NCBI GenBank assembly: GCA_050692915.1
Contig: JBOGVU010000001.1
Location: 12,490-76,489, forward strand
Length of the DNA stretch: 64,000 bases
Reading direction: 5' to 3'
Source: Actinomycetota bacterium
GTDB taxonomy: Bacteria > Actinomycetota > UBA4738 > CALAEC01
Part shown: one piece after another, positions 11,125-19,747 of the stretch
Layout: each line of letters begins with the position of its first letter
Position numbering within the stretch: the stretch's first letter is position 1
Program-made: the position numbers and the translations under genes
Notes under the pieces: generated by a model
The model's database searches: none
What the model saw: the letters and a program-made list of their open reading frames with translations, nothing else
Told to the model about the DNA's origin: nothing

Positions 11125-11481
11125 CTAGACCGAGAAGGACTCCCCGCACGCGCACTCGTGAGTGGTGTTCGGGTTGCGGACCTTCAGCCCCCCGCCCAGA
11201 AGCGCGTCGGAGAAGTCGAGGGTGGAGCCCCGCACCAGCGGGACGCTCCGCGGATCGACCAAGACCCGGACGCCGTCGCGATCGATCACCAGGTCGTCCT
11301 CGGCGACCGCGTCCTCAAGCGAGAGCCGGTACGAGAACCCGTCGCACCCGCCGGCCACGATGCGCAGGCGGAGGATCGGATCGGGTCGCCCCTCCCGGTC
11401 GGCCAGCACTCGCACCCGGGCGGCGGCACCCTCGGTGACCTCGAGGACCTCATCGATATCGATCTCGACCATCCGCTCCAT
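11125..11481 (-). CDS. erpA: HesB/IscA/ErpA-family iron-sulfur cluster insertion protein
   Basis: 118-aa tail of track ORF 11125-13143 starting at MERMVEIDID. Conserved Cys in IVAGGCDGFSY and C-terminal HECACGESFSV. Confidence 0.85.
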   Translation of the reverse strand: MERMVEIDIDEVLEVTEGAAARVRVLADREGRPDPILRLRIVAGGCDGFSYRLSLEDAVAEDDLVIDRDGVRVLVDPRSVPLVRGSTLDFSDALLGGGLKVRNPNTTHECACGESFSV

Positions 11482-11529
11482 GGTAGCAGGGGGGCCGAGT
11501 CGGGCGTGCAGCCTGTATTCTGAGCGGCC

Positions 11530-13161
11530 GTGAACAGGGTCGCCCGCACCAGCGCCTTCCTCCTGGCGGTCGCCGTGCCCGCTGGACAGGCCCCGGAGGC
11601 CACTGGGCTGCCGGAGCCGACGGACTCTCGGTCGGCCCGGACCCGCGGGATCGACCTCGACGCTCGGCGGTTGGCCGCCCGACGGGGGCACGTCCGGGCT
11701 CCGTCGGTCTCGCAATCGAAGGCGAGGGGGCCACGGGCCGCGATGGTTCCCTCTCCGGAGGCCTCGTTCGTGGGTATCCCCGGACGCGCCGACATCGCAC
11801 CCTCCGACACCACCGGCGCGGCCGGGATCTCCCGGGTCGTCACCGCCGTGAACATCGAGTACGCGGTGTGGGACAAGGCGGCGGCGGCCACGCCAACCGC
11901 GGCCCCGGCCCCGCTGGTGACCGGCACGCTGGAGTCCCTGGCTCCCGCTCTGCCCGGCGGCGCGTTCGTGTTCGACCCGAAGGTTGTATACGACCCCTTC
12001 CGGGGGCAGTTCGTGATCGTCTTCCTGGCGGGTCACGGGCCGCCGTTCACCCCGGGTTTCAAGAAGTCGTGGATCGTGGTCGTGTCGATGCCCGAGGCCA
12101 CGGTGACGGACCCGGGCACGTGGTGCCGGCGGGTCCTGCGAGGCGATCACGTCGCCCGGGACGGTGCCCAGTTCGCCGACTACCCGGGGCTGGGCCTCGA
12201 CCGGAAGCGCATCTACGTCACCACGAACCAGTTCCGGTTCGGCGGCGGTTCTCCGTTCGAGTACGCGCAGATCCTGGCGATCACGAAGTCGAGCCTGTAC
12301 CGGTGCGGGAAGAAGCCCCGGATCGACGTGTTCGCCGGTGAGGACACCCGGGACCCGCGAGGCGGCCGGGCCTTCACGATCCAGCCGGCCATCACCGAGA
12401 CCGAGACCGGTGCGAACCCGCCTGAGTACCTGGTCAGCTTCCAGGACCGGTCGTGCGGGCCGGCGTGCGGGAAGCGGCTCACGGTGTGGCGGATCAAGAA
12501 GCGCCCCAGGAAGGGTCTCCAGATCTCCTCCGACGCTGTCGGCGTGGGGCAGAGTCGCGTCGGCCCGCTCGGCACACAGAAGGACGGCTCGCCATCGTGC
12601 GCGCCGATCGAGCACTGCTGGGACGCCGGCGATCTCCGGCTGACGACCGCGTTCTTCGACGCGGACCGGGGGCGGCTGTACACGGCCCACGCCGTGCGGG
12701 CCGACATCGCCCCCGGCGACGGGTACCTCGAGACCGTGGTGAACTGGTTCGAGCTCGACCCGAGCCCGATCAAGAAGGCGAAGGTCACCCGGCGAGGGAC
12801 GCTGGGCGACCCCGGCCGCGACTCCGGGTGGCCGGCCATGGCCACCGACGCCGCAGGGAACCTCTTCATCACCTACAGTCGGGCCGGCGCGCCGCTGCCC
12901 GGCGAGTACCTCTCGGCCATCGCCGTGACCATCCCCCAGGGCGCGGTGGTCCCCGACGCAGCGACGGTCCTGACCCCCGGCGAGGCCGTGTACATCGCCG
13001 TTGCCGGGCGCCCTCAGCGCTGGGGCGACTTCGCGGCAGCGAACCGCGATCCGGTCGATCCCGCGGACGTGTGGCTCGTGGCCCAGTACGCCAAGGCCGA
13101 CCTCGACGGGCCGCCCACGCCCCTGTGGCAGCAGGTGGTCCACAGGGTCTCGTTCGGCTGA
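11530..13161 (+). CDS. secreted hypothetical protein
   Basis: GTG start, signal peptide MNRVARTSAFLLAVAVPAGQA, 543 aa, no recognisable catalytic motif. Its antisense partner (11125-13143 upstream part) looks like shadow. Confidence 0.6.
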   Translation: MNRVARTSAFLLAVAVPAGQAPEATGLPEPTDSRSARTRGIDLDARRLAARRGHVRAPSVSQSKARGPRAAMVPSPEASFVGIPGRADIAPSDTTGAAGISRVVTAVNIEYAVWDKAAAATPTAAPAPLVTGTLESLAPALPGGAFVFDPKVVYDPFRGQFVIVFLAGHGPPFTPGFKKSWIVVVSMPEATVTDPGTWCRRVLRGDHVARDGAQFADYPGLGLDRKRIYVTTNQFRFGGGSPFEYAQILAITKSSLYRCGKKPRIDVFAGEDTRDPRGGRAFTIQPAITETETGANPPEYLVSFQDRSCGPACGKRLTVWRIKKRPRKGLQISSDAVGVGQSRVGPLGTQKDGSPSCAPIEHCWDAGDLRLTTAFFDADRGRLYTAHAVRADIAPGDGYLETVVNWFELDPSPIKKAKVTRRGTLGDPGRDSGWPAMATDAAGNLFITYSRAGAPLPGEYLSAIAVTIPQGAVVPDAATVLTPGEAVYIAVAGRPQRWGDFAAANRDPVDPADVWLVAQYAKADLDGPPTPLWQQVVHRVSFG

Positions 13162-13181
13162 GCCCGGCCTACGATGGTCGG

Positions 13182-13763
13182 GTGAGCGACATCGCCACGG
13201 CGCTGCGGGGCGCGCTCGGCCCGACGGACGCCGACCCTCCGCCGGGGCCGGATCGTCCCGCCGCCGTCATCGTCCCGGTCATCGACCTCTCCGAGCCGGC
13301 GATCCTGTTCACGGTTCGCTCCCTGGAAGTCAGCGACCACAAAGGAGAGATCTCGTTCCCGGGAGGCGTGCGGCACCGGGAGGACCCGGACCTCCTGCAC
13401 ACCGCTCTCCGGGAGACTGAGGAGGAGCTCGGGATCCCGAGGGACCGGTTCGACATCCTCGGCTCGCTGGCCCCGACCCAGACGGTGGTCTCGGGCTTCC
13501 TCATCGTTCCGTTCGTAGGTCTCTTATCCGAGCGGCCACCGATCGAGCCGAGCCCCGTGGAGATCGCCGAGGTGCTCGAGCTGGAGGTCCGCCGGCTCGC
13601 CGCGGTCGAGCGGGAGGCCGGCGTGGACCGGGACGGGGAGCGGAGGACGTGGTTCGCCTACGAGATCGACGGGAACACGGTGTGGGGCGCGACCGGACGG
13701 ATCGTCCACGCGCTCCTCGAGGTGCTCAGGGACAGGGGATGGGACGGGTCGAAGGAGGGCTGA
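13182..13763 (+). CDS. NUDIX hydrolase (CoA pyrophosphatase-like)
   Basis: Nudix box GGVRHREDPDLLHTALRETEEELGI (GX5EX7REUXEEXGU). Start taken at GTG just after the upstream stop. Confidence 0.75.
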   Translation: MSDIATALRGALGPTDADPPPGPDRPAAVIVPVIDLSEPAILFTVRSLEVSDHKGEISFPGGVRHREDPDLLHTALRETEEELGIPRDRFDILGSLAPTQTVVSGFLIVPFVGLLSERPPIEPSPVEIAEVLELEVRRLAAVEREAGVDRDGERRTWFAYEIDGNTVWGATGRIVHALLEVLRDRGWDGSKEG

Positions 13764-13767
13764 AGCC

Positions 13768-13917
13768 ATGCAGAAGTGGGAGTACGTCACGGTGCCGCTG
13801 ATCGAGCACGCCACCCAGGAGATCCTGAACAACTGGGGCGAGGATGGGTACGAGCTGGTCACGGTACTTCAGGGCCCCCAGGGGATCGTGGCTTACATGA
13901 AGCGCCCGAAGCCCTAG
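13768..13917 (+). CDS. small conserved protein (DUF4177-like), 49 aa
   Basis: MQKWEYVTVPLIEHATQEILNNWGEDGYELVTVLQGPQGIVAYMKRPKP, AGGAGGG SD 8 nt upstream. Not in the track (below 60 aa). Confidence 0.5.
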   Translation: MQKWEYVTVPLIEHATQEILNNWGEDGYELVTVLQGPQGIVAYMKRPKP

Positions 13918-13931
13918 CGGCGGTTCGCCGA

Positions 13932-14636
13932 TCAGGCCACCGCCCGCGGGGCAGGGAGGGTCAGGGTGAACCGACAGTCTCCGCGGGCTGACTTCTCCAG
14001 GACCAGGTCGCCGCCGTGGGCCCGGGCGATCGAACGGGAGAGCGCCAGGCCGAGCCCGGTGCCCCCGGGGTGGCCCCGAACGAAGGGTTCGAAGATTCGG
14101 GTTCGGAGGCCCTCCGGGATCCCTCCGCACCGGTCGGCCACCGAGAGGGACGCTCCGGCAGCCGTGCGCCGGAGCTCAACCGAGATCGCCGTCCGAGGCG
14201 GCGCGTACCGAGCGGCGTTCGACAGGAGGTTGATGAGGATCTCCCTGATCGCCACCGGGTCGACCCTGACGGGGGTCACGGTCCGGAGGGTGAGGCGGAC
14301 CGGGCGGCCGTCGAGAAGGGCGGACATGTCCTCCACCGTCTCCCCCACCAGACGGCTCAGGTCCGTGGTCCGGACGCGGAGGTGAGCCTCCCCGGTCAAC
14401 CGCCCGATGAGCTCGTCCAAGTACTCCGAGCTCCGCAGGATGCTCTCCATGCACCGCTCGATCTTCTCGGGCGGGATCTCGTGGGCCGAGCTCCTGACGG
14501 CCTCGGCCAGCAGCCGGACCGCCTTCACGGGCGACAGGAGCTCGTGAGCCAGGGCCTCGGGGGTGGCCGGGCCGTCCCCGGGCAGGACGACCACGAGAGG
14601 GGTCTCTCGAACGCCCGCCGGCTCCCTCCGCTCCAT
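13932..14636 (-). CDS. sensorless histidine kinase core (HisKA + HATPase_c only)
   Basis: H-box HELLSPVKAV about 30 aa from the N-terminus, N-box LINLLSNAARYAPP, G1 DRCGGIP, G2 GGTGLGLALS. No TM, sensor or linker domain. Confidence 0.75.
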   Translation of the reverse strand: MERREPAGVRETPLVVVLPGDGPATPEALAHELLSPVKAVRLLAEAVRSSAHEIPPEKIERCMESILRSSEYLDELIGRLTGEAHLRVRTTDLSRLVGETVEDMSALLDGRPVRLTLRTVTPVRVDPVAIREILINLLSNAARYAPPRTAISVELRRTAAGASLSVADRCGGIPEGLRTRIFEPFVRGHPGGTGLGLALSRSIARAHGGDLVLEKSARGDCRFTLTLPAPRAVA

Positions 14637-14676
14637 CCTCCCGAGAGGTTCGACGCGAGTGTGACAAAAACCTTGT

Positions 14677-16203
14677 TCAGCCCCCAGAAGTTTGCCGCGT
14701 CTCCTCGTCCAGGGCGGCCACCGTGCGCTCGAACAGCTCCTGAGCCTGGTCGTGAGACTCGCCGATCGCGGTGAGCCCGATCCGTCCGTGCTGGGGGAGC
14801 GCGCTGATCATGTGGAACACCACCCCAACCTGGCGCGACTGGTCGAAGTGGAGCCCGTGGCGGACCACGATGTCGAACAGGTCGTCCGGGGAGAGTCCCC
14901 GGTACGCGTCCGACTCGACGTGGTCGGAGGCCACGAAGCACTTGGGACGACCGCTCGGCGCGGTGAACACGCCGGCATCGGGATCGTAGGTGCCGTCGGT
15001 CAGGAACTGGAGCGTGAGGAACGGGTGGGTGGTGCCGCCCTTCCGGAGGTTCAGCTCGATCGCGTAGGGGTCCCAGGCCCCGTCCCTTCGTACCACCACG
15101 AAGTCGAGGGCGAACCGGCCGATCACGCCATCCCTGGCCAGCCGGGCTCCGATCTTCGCCGCCTCCCGCGTGATCGCGCCGGCGTACCCGGTGTCCGCGG
15201 GGAACCGGGCCCCGAGGTAGGACTGGCCGCTCGGGCCGCCCAGGAGCTGGTCGTGCGTGGACAGCAGCTCGACCTCCCCGAGAGGAGTGACCCGGAGCTG
15301 GACGCTCGGGCTCCGGAACTCCTGGCCGGCGATCCGCTCCTCGACGACCCCGCCCCGCTCCCGGAGCTTGGCCACGTACTCGTCGAACGTCACCCCTTCC
15401 ATCTCGAAACGCATCGACCGGACCCGCTCCTCCAGGCCGGCGCGCTCGGAGGGATCGCCGGGCGGGGGCAGCCCCTCCAGGTCGATGAGGGCGTTACCCT
15501 CGCCCGACACGCCCTCGTTGAGCTTGGCCAGGGCCTGCTGGACCTCGGGCTTGCCCTCGCGTAGCTTCGAAAGGGCGCCGACGAGGTCCTCTGGGCCGAA
15601 CAGGTCCTCGAACCCGAGGGGATAGGGGATCCCCTCCTCGGCGAAGAGCTGCCGGCAGCCGCTCTTCGTGCCGAGGGGGAAGTGCTTCGGGTCGGCGCCG
15701 TACATGGGGATGCCCAGGGCAACGGCAAGGTCGCGCTCGATCTCGGTGGTGTTGTAGGGGACGAGATGCGCCCGGTCGGGGTCCGGGACCAGGTCGCGGA
15801 TCCGCTGGAGGAGCCGGGGCCGGGCCAGGAGCTTCTCGGATAGTGGTCCCGCCGATGCATCGAGGGGAGACGGCAGGAACAGCCGGGCCCGGGCATGGCT
15901 GGGGATGACGCCGGGCAGCAGGTCCAGGTAGTAGTCGACGATGGCGGGATGGATCATCTGGGAGGTCACGTACACGAGCCGGGCTCTGGGCTGCCGGAGC
16001 AGGAGCAGGAGGAACAGGAACCGCTCCTCGTAGGCCTGCATGAGTGACCCGGTGAGGCCCTCGCTGTCCAGGGTGATGGACGGGACGACCACGATCGTCT
16101 GCTCATCCTGATTCATCGCCCGGATCGATTCCCACAGCGGGACGAGCTTCCGCTGGAGCTCCTCGAACCGGGCCTGGCTGTTTCCGGCCGGCGTGACGGT
16201 CAC
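14677..16203 (-). CDS. ATP-grasp family protein with N-terminal pre-ATP-grasp domain (PGM1-like peptide/amide ligase family)
   Basis: C-terminal ATP-grasp signature YAIELNLRKGGTTHP. N-terminal IVVVPSITLDSEGLTG...RLVYVTS pre-ATP-grasp-like fold. Precise family is inferred. Confidence 0.6.
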   Translation of the reverse strand: MTVTPAGNSQARFEELQRKLVPLWESIRAMNQDEQTIVVVPSITLDSEGLTGSLMQAYEERFLFLLLLLRQPRARLVYVTSQMIHPAIVDYYLDLLPGVIPSHARARLFLPSPLDASAGPLSEKLLARPRLLQRIRDLVPDPDRAHLVPYNTTEIERDLAVALGIPMYGADPKHFPLGTKSGCRQLFAEEGIPYPLGFEDLFGPEDLVGALSKLREGKPEVQQALAKLNEGVSGEGNALIDLEGLPPPGDPSERAGLEERVRSMRFEMEGVTFDEYVAKLRERGGVVEERIAGQEFRSPSVQLRVTPLGEVELLSTHDQLLGGPSGQSYLGARFPADTGYAGAITREAAKIGARLARDGVIGRFALDFVVVRRDGAWDPYAIELNLRKGGTTHPFLTLQFLTDGTYDPDAGVFTAPSGRPKCFVASDHVESDAYRGLSPDDLFDIVVRHGLHFDQSRQVGVVFHMISALPQHGRIGLTAIGESHDQAQELFERTVAALDEETRQTSGG

Positions 16204-16408
16204 TACAGCCTCCCCGTGTCGGACATCACTCTCGAATGGTGCGTTTCATCACGGCGGACGGCGTGAGCACCCATCTACACTCCCTCGAGCGTGTGAAGTC
16301 AAGGGAGGGGAGCGATGCTGAGGGGCGGGACTGGCGTCCCCAACGTAGGAAAGTTAGTCATTTTGGACCATTCCCCGTCGGGCATCCGGCGGCTAGGCTG
16401 ACCCGTCG

Positions 16409-18097
16409 ATGTCCAATCCCTTGGCCAACCGTAAACGCCTGCCCGTACTACTCGCGTTGGTGACGGCGGGCCTGGTCCTGGCCGCCCTCCTGTTCATCAC
16501 CGCGGGCCCCGCTACGGCCAAGGAGTTCGCCACGCTCCACCTCCTGGAGGGCACCGTCGAGGTCCAGCGAGGCGACGGTCAGTTCGGTCCGGGGGGGGAG
16601 GGCCAGACCCTCCAGGCCGGGGACACCGTTCGAACAGGGCCCGATGGCCGGGCGGAGATCGAGTACTTCGACGGCAGCCTCACCAGGCTGGACCTGGACA
16701 CCTCGTTCACCCTCAGGGAGCTGGCCAGCCTGCAGGACGAGCCCGACAGCAAGGTGATCGAGGCCGAGCAGGCCGAGGGCCGGACGTTCGAGCGCGTCAC
16801 CGCGATCACCGACTCGCAGAGCCGGTTCGACGTGGAGACGCCAACCGCCACCGCTTCGGTCCGCGGGACCTCCTACCTGCTGACCGTGCACCCGGGGGGT
16901 GGGACCGAGCTGTGGGTCCTCCCCGACGACGAGCCGGGCGCGAGCACGGTCATCCTGATCCTCGAGGACGGGACCGAGATCGTCGTCTCCGAGGGGCAAG
17001 GGGTGCTGGTGAACCCCGATGGGTCCATCGATGGGCCGTTCGTGCTCACCGACGAGCAGCTCGAGGACGGCTTCGTGCTCTTCAACCAGTGCCAGGACGA
17101 CCCCGGGCATCCGGACTGCCAGGTCGAGGTGGAGCCGAAGGTCGTGGAGAACGACGGTCAGGACCCCGACGATCCATTCGAGCCGGACGTCACCATCCCG
17201 CCCACGCAGCCCGAGGTCGTGGAGCCCGAGCCGACCGGCGAGGGCACCGGTGGTGGCGGCGGCGGGGGTGGCGATGGCGGCGACCAGGACGAGCCGTCCG
17301 ACCGCCGTTCGGTGGTGATCACGCTGTCGTGGTCCTCGGGTCCGTCGAACCTCGACCTCCATGTGCTCACGCCCGACGTGGAGGAGGACGAGGGCGGCGA
17401 GGTGTGGTCGGGCAATCCCTGCCTGGCCCGGGAGGACGGCTCGTGCTGGGCGTTCGCGTCCGGCGACGCCGTCGGCTTCGGCTCGGAGACCGTGACGCTC
17501 CGGCCGATCGGCGATCCCGAGGACGGGGACTGGCTGAAGGGCGGCTACCGGGTGTGGGTGGAGAACACGAGCTGCCAGGACGGCCCGTTCGCCGACTCGG
17601 ATGCCGCGGTGACGATCTCGCGGGCGGGTGGTGAGTCGGTCTCGCTGCCGGTCTCCGGCGCCACCGGCGACAGGACGCTGGAGACCTGGAACGTGGGCTC
17701 GGTCTTCATGAGCCAGGACGGTTCGATGGCGGTCGCCGGCACCCAGTCGACGGTCGGCGACCCGTGCGGCCCGCCCGTCGGAGGGCCGGTGCGGTTCAAG
17801 GGGGTCGGGGAGAGGGGATACCAGGTGGTCCAGCCGGAGCCACCGCGCGACAAGGGCGGCGACGATGGCGGCACGGGAACGGAGGGCGGCGAGGACGGGG
17901 AGATGCCGCCGGCCCCCGAGCCCGAACCGCAGCCGGCCCCCGAGCCGGAGCCCCCGCCCGAACCCGAACCGGAACCGGATCCTGAACAGGAGCCTGAACC
18001 GGAGCCTGAACCGGAGCCGACCCCGCCCGATGAGCCTCCGGCCGACGAGGTCACGCCCTCCGGCCTGTCGACCGACGACGCACGGGACGGCCAGTGA
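16409..18097 (+). CDS. secreted FecR-domain protein with beta-sandwich middle domain and acidic Pro/Glu-repeat C-terminal tail
   Basis: N-terminal TM/signal (LPVLLALVTAGLVLAALLFI). FecR-like region (GTVEVQRGDG...LQAGDTVRTGPDGRAEIEYFDGSLTRLDLDTSFTL). Gly run GGGGGGGDGGD. Tail PEPEPQPAPEPEPPPEPEPEPDPEQEPEPEPEPEP. Confidence 0.75.
   Translation: MSNPLANRKRLPVLLALVTAGLVLAALLFITAGPATAKEFATLHLLEGTVEVQRGDGQFGPGGEGQTLQAGDTVRTGPDGRAEIEYFDGSLTRLDLDTSFTLRELASLQDEPDSKVIEAEQAEGRTFERVTAITDSQSRFDVETPTATASVRGTSYLLTVHPGGGTELWVLPDDEPGASTVILILEDGTEIVVSEGQGVLVNPDGSIDGPFVLTDEQLEDGFVLFNQCQDDPGHPDCQVEVEPKVVENDGQDPDDPFEPDVTIPPTQPEVVEPEPTGEGTGGGGGGGGDGGDQDEPSDRRSVVITLSWSSGPSNLDLHVLTPDVEEDEGGEVWSGNPCLAREDGSCWAFASGDAVGFGSETVTLRPIGDPEDGDWLKGGYRVWVENTSCQDGPFADSDAAVTISRAGGESVSLPVSGATGDRTLETWNVGSVFMSQDGSMAVAGTQSTVGDPCGPPVGGPVRFKGVGERGYQVVQPEPPRDKGGDDGGTGTEGGEDGEMPPAPEPEPQPAPEPEPPPEPEPEPDPEQEPEPEPEPEPTPPDEPPADEVTPSGLSTDDARDGQ
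17890..18040 (+). repeat. imperfect tandem DNA repeat encoding the (P-E)n acidic tail
   Basis: Reiterated gagcc(t/g)gaacc(g) units (cctgaaccggagcctgaaccggagccg). Confidence 0.6.
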
Positions 18098-19737
18098 TGC
18101 GCCGCGCCACGATCGTGGGCATCGTCCTGACGGGGCTCCTCATGACGGCGGGGTCGCCGGCCCGGGCCGACCACTCGATCGGGGCCGCCGGTGCCGGTTC
18201 GATCTCGACGGCGATCGCTCGCGACGCGTCCGTGGTCACCGGGGCGGGCTTCGAGCCGGGGACCGCCCTGTTGACCAATGCCAACGCCGCACCGAGCGTG
18301 CCGCTCACCGCCTTCCCCACCCATGGGGCCACCTACGGCATCCTGACCACCGGCGACGCCCGCTTCGCCGATCATCCGGGGACCTTCCAAAGCAGCGGCG
18401 GGGGAGGAAGCTTCCGGGGAGCCAACGACGTCACGATCCTCCGGGTCGACCTGTCCGTCCCGGCGGGCCAGAACTGCCTGTCCGTCGACTTCCAGTTCTT
18501 CTCCGAGGAGTTCCCCGTCTACGTGGGGACGCAGTTCAACGATGCGTTCATCGCCGAGCTGGATGAGTCCACCTGGACGATCGTCGGCTCGTCCATCACT
18601 GCCCCGGACAACTTCGCGTTCGATCCGGACGGGAACGTCATAAGCATCAACAGCACCGGCGTGGCCAGCATGAATGCTGACAACGGTGCCGGCACAGCGT
18701 ACGACACGGGGGATCCATCGACGACGACCGGCGACGGCGGCGCGACGACCCTGCTCCGAGCCTCAACGCCGATCACACCAGGACCCCACGCCGTGTACTT
18801 CTCGATCTTCGACCAAGGCGACAGCTCCCTGGACTCGGCGGTCTTCCTCGACAACCTCTCGCTCGGGACGACGGGCGAAGGCGGCTGTCAGCCCGGGGCC
18901 ACCCTCCCTCCACCGATCGTGTCGAAGACGGCCGACAGCGCCAGCACGGCGCCGGGGGGTTCGAACGGCTACACGATCACGGTCACGAACCCCAACGACG
19001 TGCCGGTCAGCCTCGACACGATCACCGACACCCTGCCCCAGGGATTCCTCTATACGGCCGGGTCGACCACCGGAGCCGTGACCACCAACCCGGTCGTCGA
19101 CGGGCAGGCCCTCACCTGGCAGGGGGTGGAGGGTCCGCTGGTTCAGGTCCCGTCGAACGGGAGCATCTCGCTCCACTTCGGGGTCACCGTCTCGAGCGTC
19201 CCCGGTGAGTATCTCAACGACGCGGTGGCGACCGCGTCGGGCTTCGCCATTCAGTCCACCGGTCCCACCGCGCCGATCACCGTGACCGAGCCCGAGCCGC
19301 CGCCTCCTCCGCCGCCCGTGGACGAGCCCTGCGACCCGGTCACCCTCGAGGGGACGGGTGCCGGCGAGACCCTCCTGGGGACGGCCGGCGCCGATCGCAT
19401 CCGGGGGCTGGCCGGGCGGGACCGGGTCGACGCGCTTGGCGGCGACGACGAGCTGTGTGGCGGCCTCGGGGGCGACTACCTGTATGGCCGCGACGGGGTC
19501 GACTCCCTCCGTGGCGAGGAGGGCAACGACCGGCTATACGGCGGCCGTGGCGGGGACGTGCTAGAGGGCGGGCCCGGGCACGACGCCATCATCGGCGGCC
19601 GAGGGCCGGACACCATCCTGGCCGCCGACGGGACCAAGGACTGCATCGTCACCGGCAAGGGCAACGACTCGGTGACCGCCGACCCGTTCGACGTGGTCGA
19701 CCCGAAGAAGGGCTGCCCGCCCGGCTTCTGGCTGTAG
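18094..19737 (+). CDS. secreted Ca2+-binding beta-roll protein: choice-of-anchor-like N-domain + DUF11-like repeat + RTX nonapeptide repeats
   Basis: Signal peptide MMRRATIVGIVLTGLLMTAGSPARA. LSVDFQFFSEEFPVYVGTQFNDAFIAEL region. DUF11-like YTITVTNPNDVPVSLDTITDTLPQGF. Poly-Pro linker. Seven or more GGxGxDxL-type repeats (GGDDELCGGLGGDYLYGRDGVDSLRGEEGNDRLYGGRGGDVLEGGPGHDAIIGGRGPD). ATGA overlap with the upstream gene. Confidence 0.75.
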   Translation: MMRRATIVGIVLTGLLMTAGSPARADHSIGAAGAGSISTAIARDASVVTGAGFEPGTALLTNANAAPSVPLTAFPTHGATYGILTTGDARFADHPGTFQSSGGGGSFRGANDVTILRVDLSVPAGQNCLSVDFQFFSEEFPVYVGTQFNDAFIAELDESTWTIVGSSITAPDNFAFDPDGNVISINSTGVASMNADNGAGTAYDTGDPSTTTGDGGATTLLRASTPITPGPHAVYFSIFDQGDSSLDSAVFLDNLSLGTTGEGGCQPGATLPPPIVSKTADSASTAPGGSNGYTITVTNPNDVPVSLDTITDTLPQGFLYTAGSTTGAVTTNPVVDGQALTWQGVEGPLVQVPSNGSISLHFGVTVSSVPGEYLNDAVATASGFAIQSTGPTAPITVTEPEPPPPPPPVDEPCDPVTLEGTGAGETLLGTAGADRIRGLAGRDRVDALGGDDELCGGLGGDYLYGRDGVDSLRGEEGNDRLYGGRGGDVLEGGPGHDAIIGGRGPDTILAADGTKDCIVTGKGNDSVTADPFDVVDPKKGCPPGFWL

Positions 19738-19747
19738 GCTGGCGCGC

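Noticed and set aside
11482-13143. Upstream 550 aa of track ORF 11125-13143(-) and N-terminal part of 12453-13763(+)
   Set aside because: Only the C-terminal 118 aa (ErpA) and 193 aa (NUDIX) have protein-like character. The rest is antisense or off-frame to the secreted protein gene 11530-13161.
14692-17362. ORFs 14692-15564(+) and 16448-17362(-)
   Set aside because: Antisense of the ATP-grasp and FecR genes respectively. No motifs.
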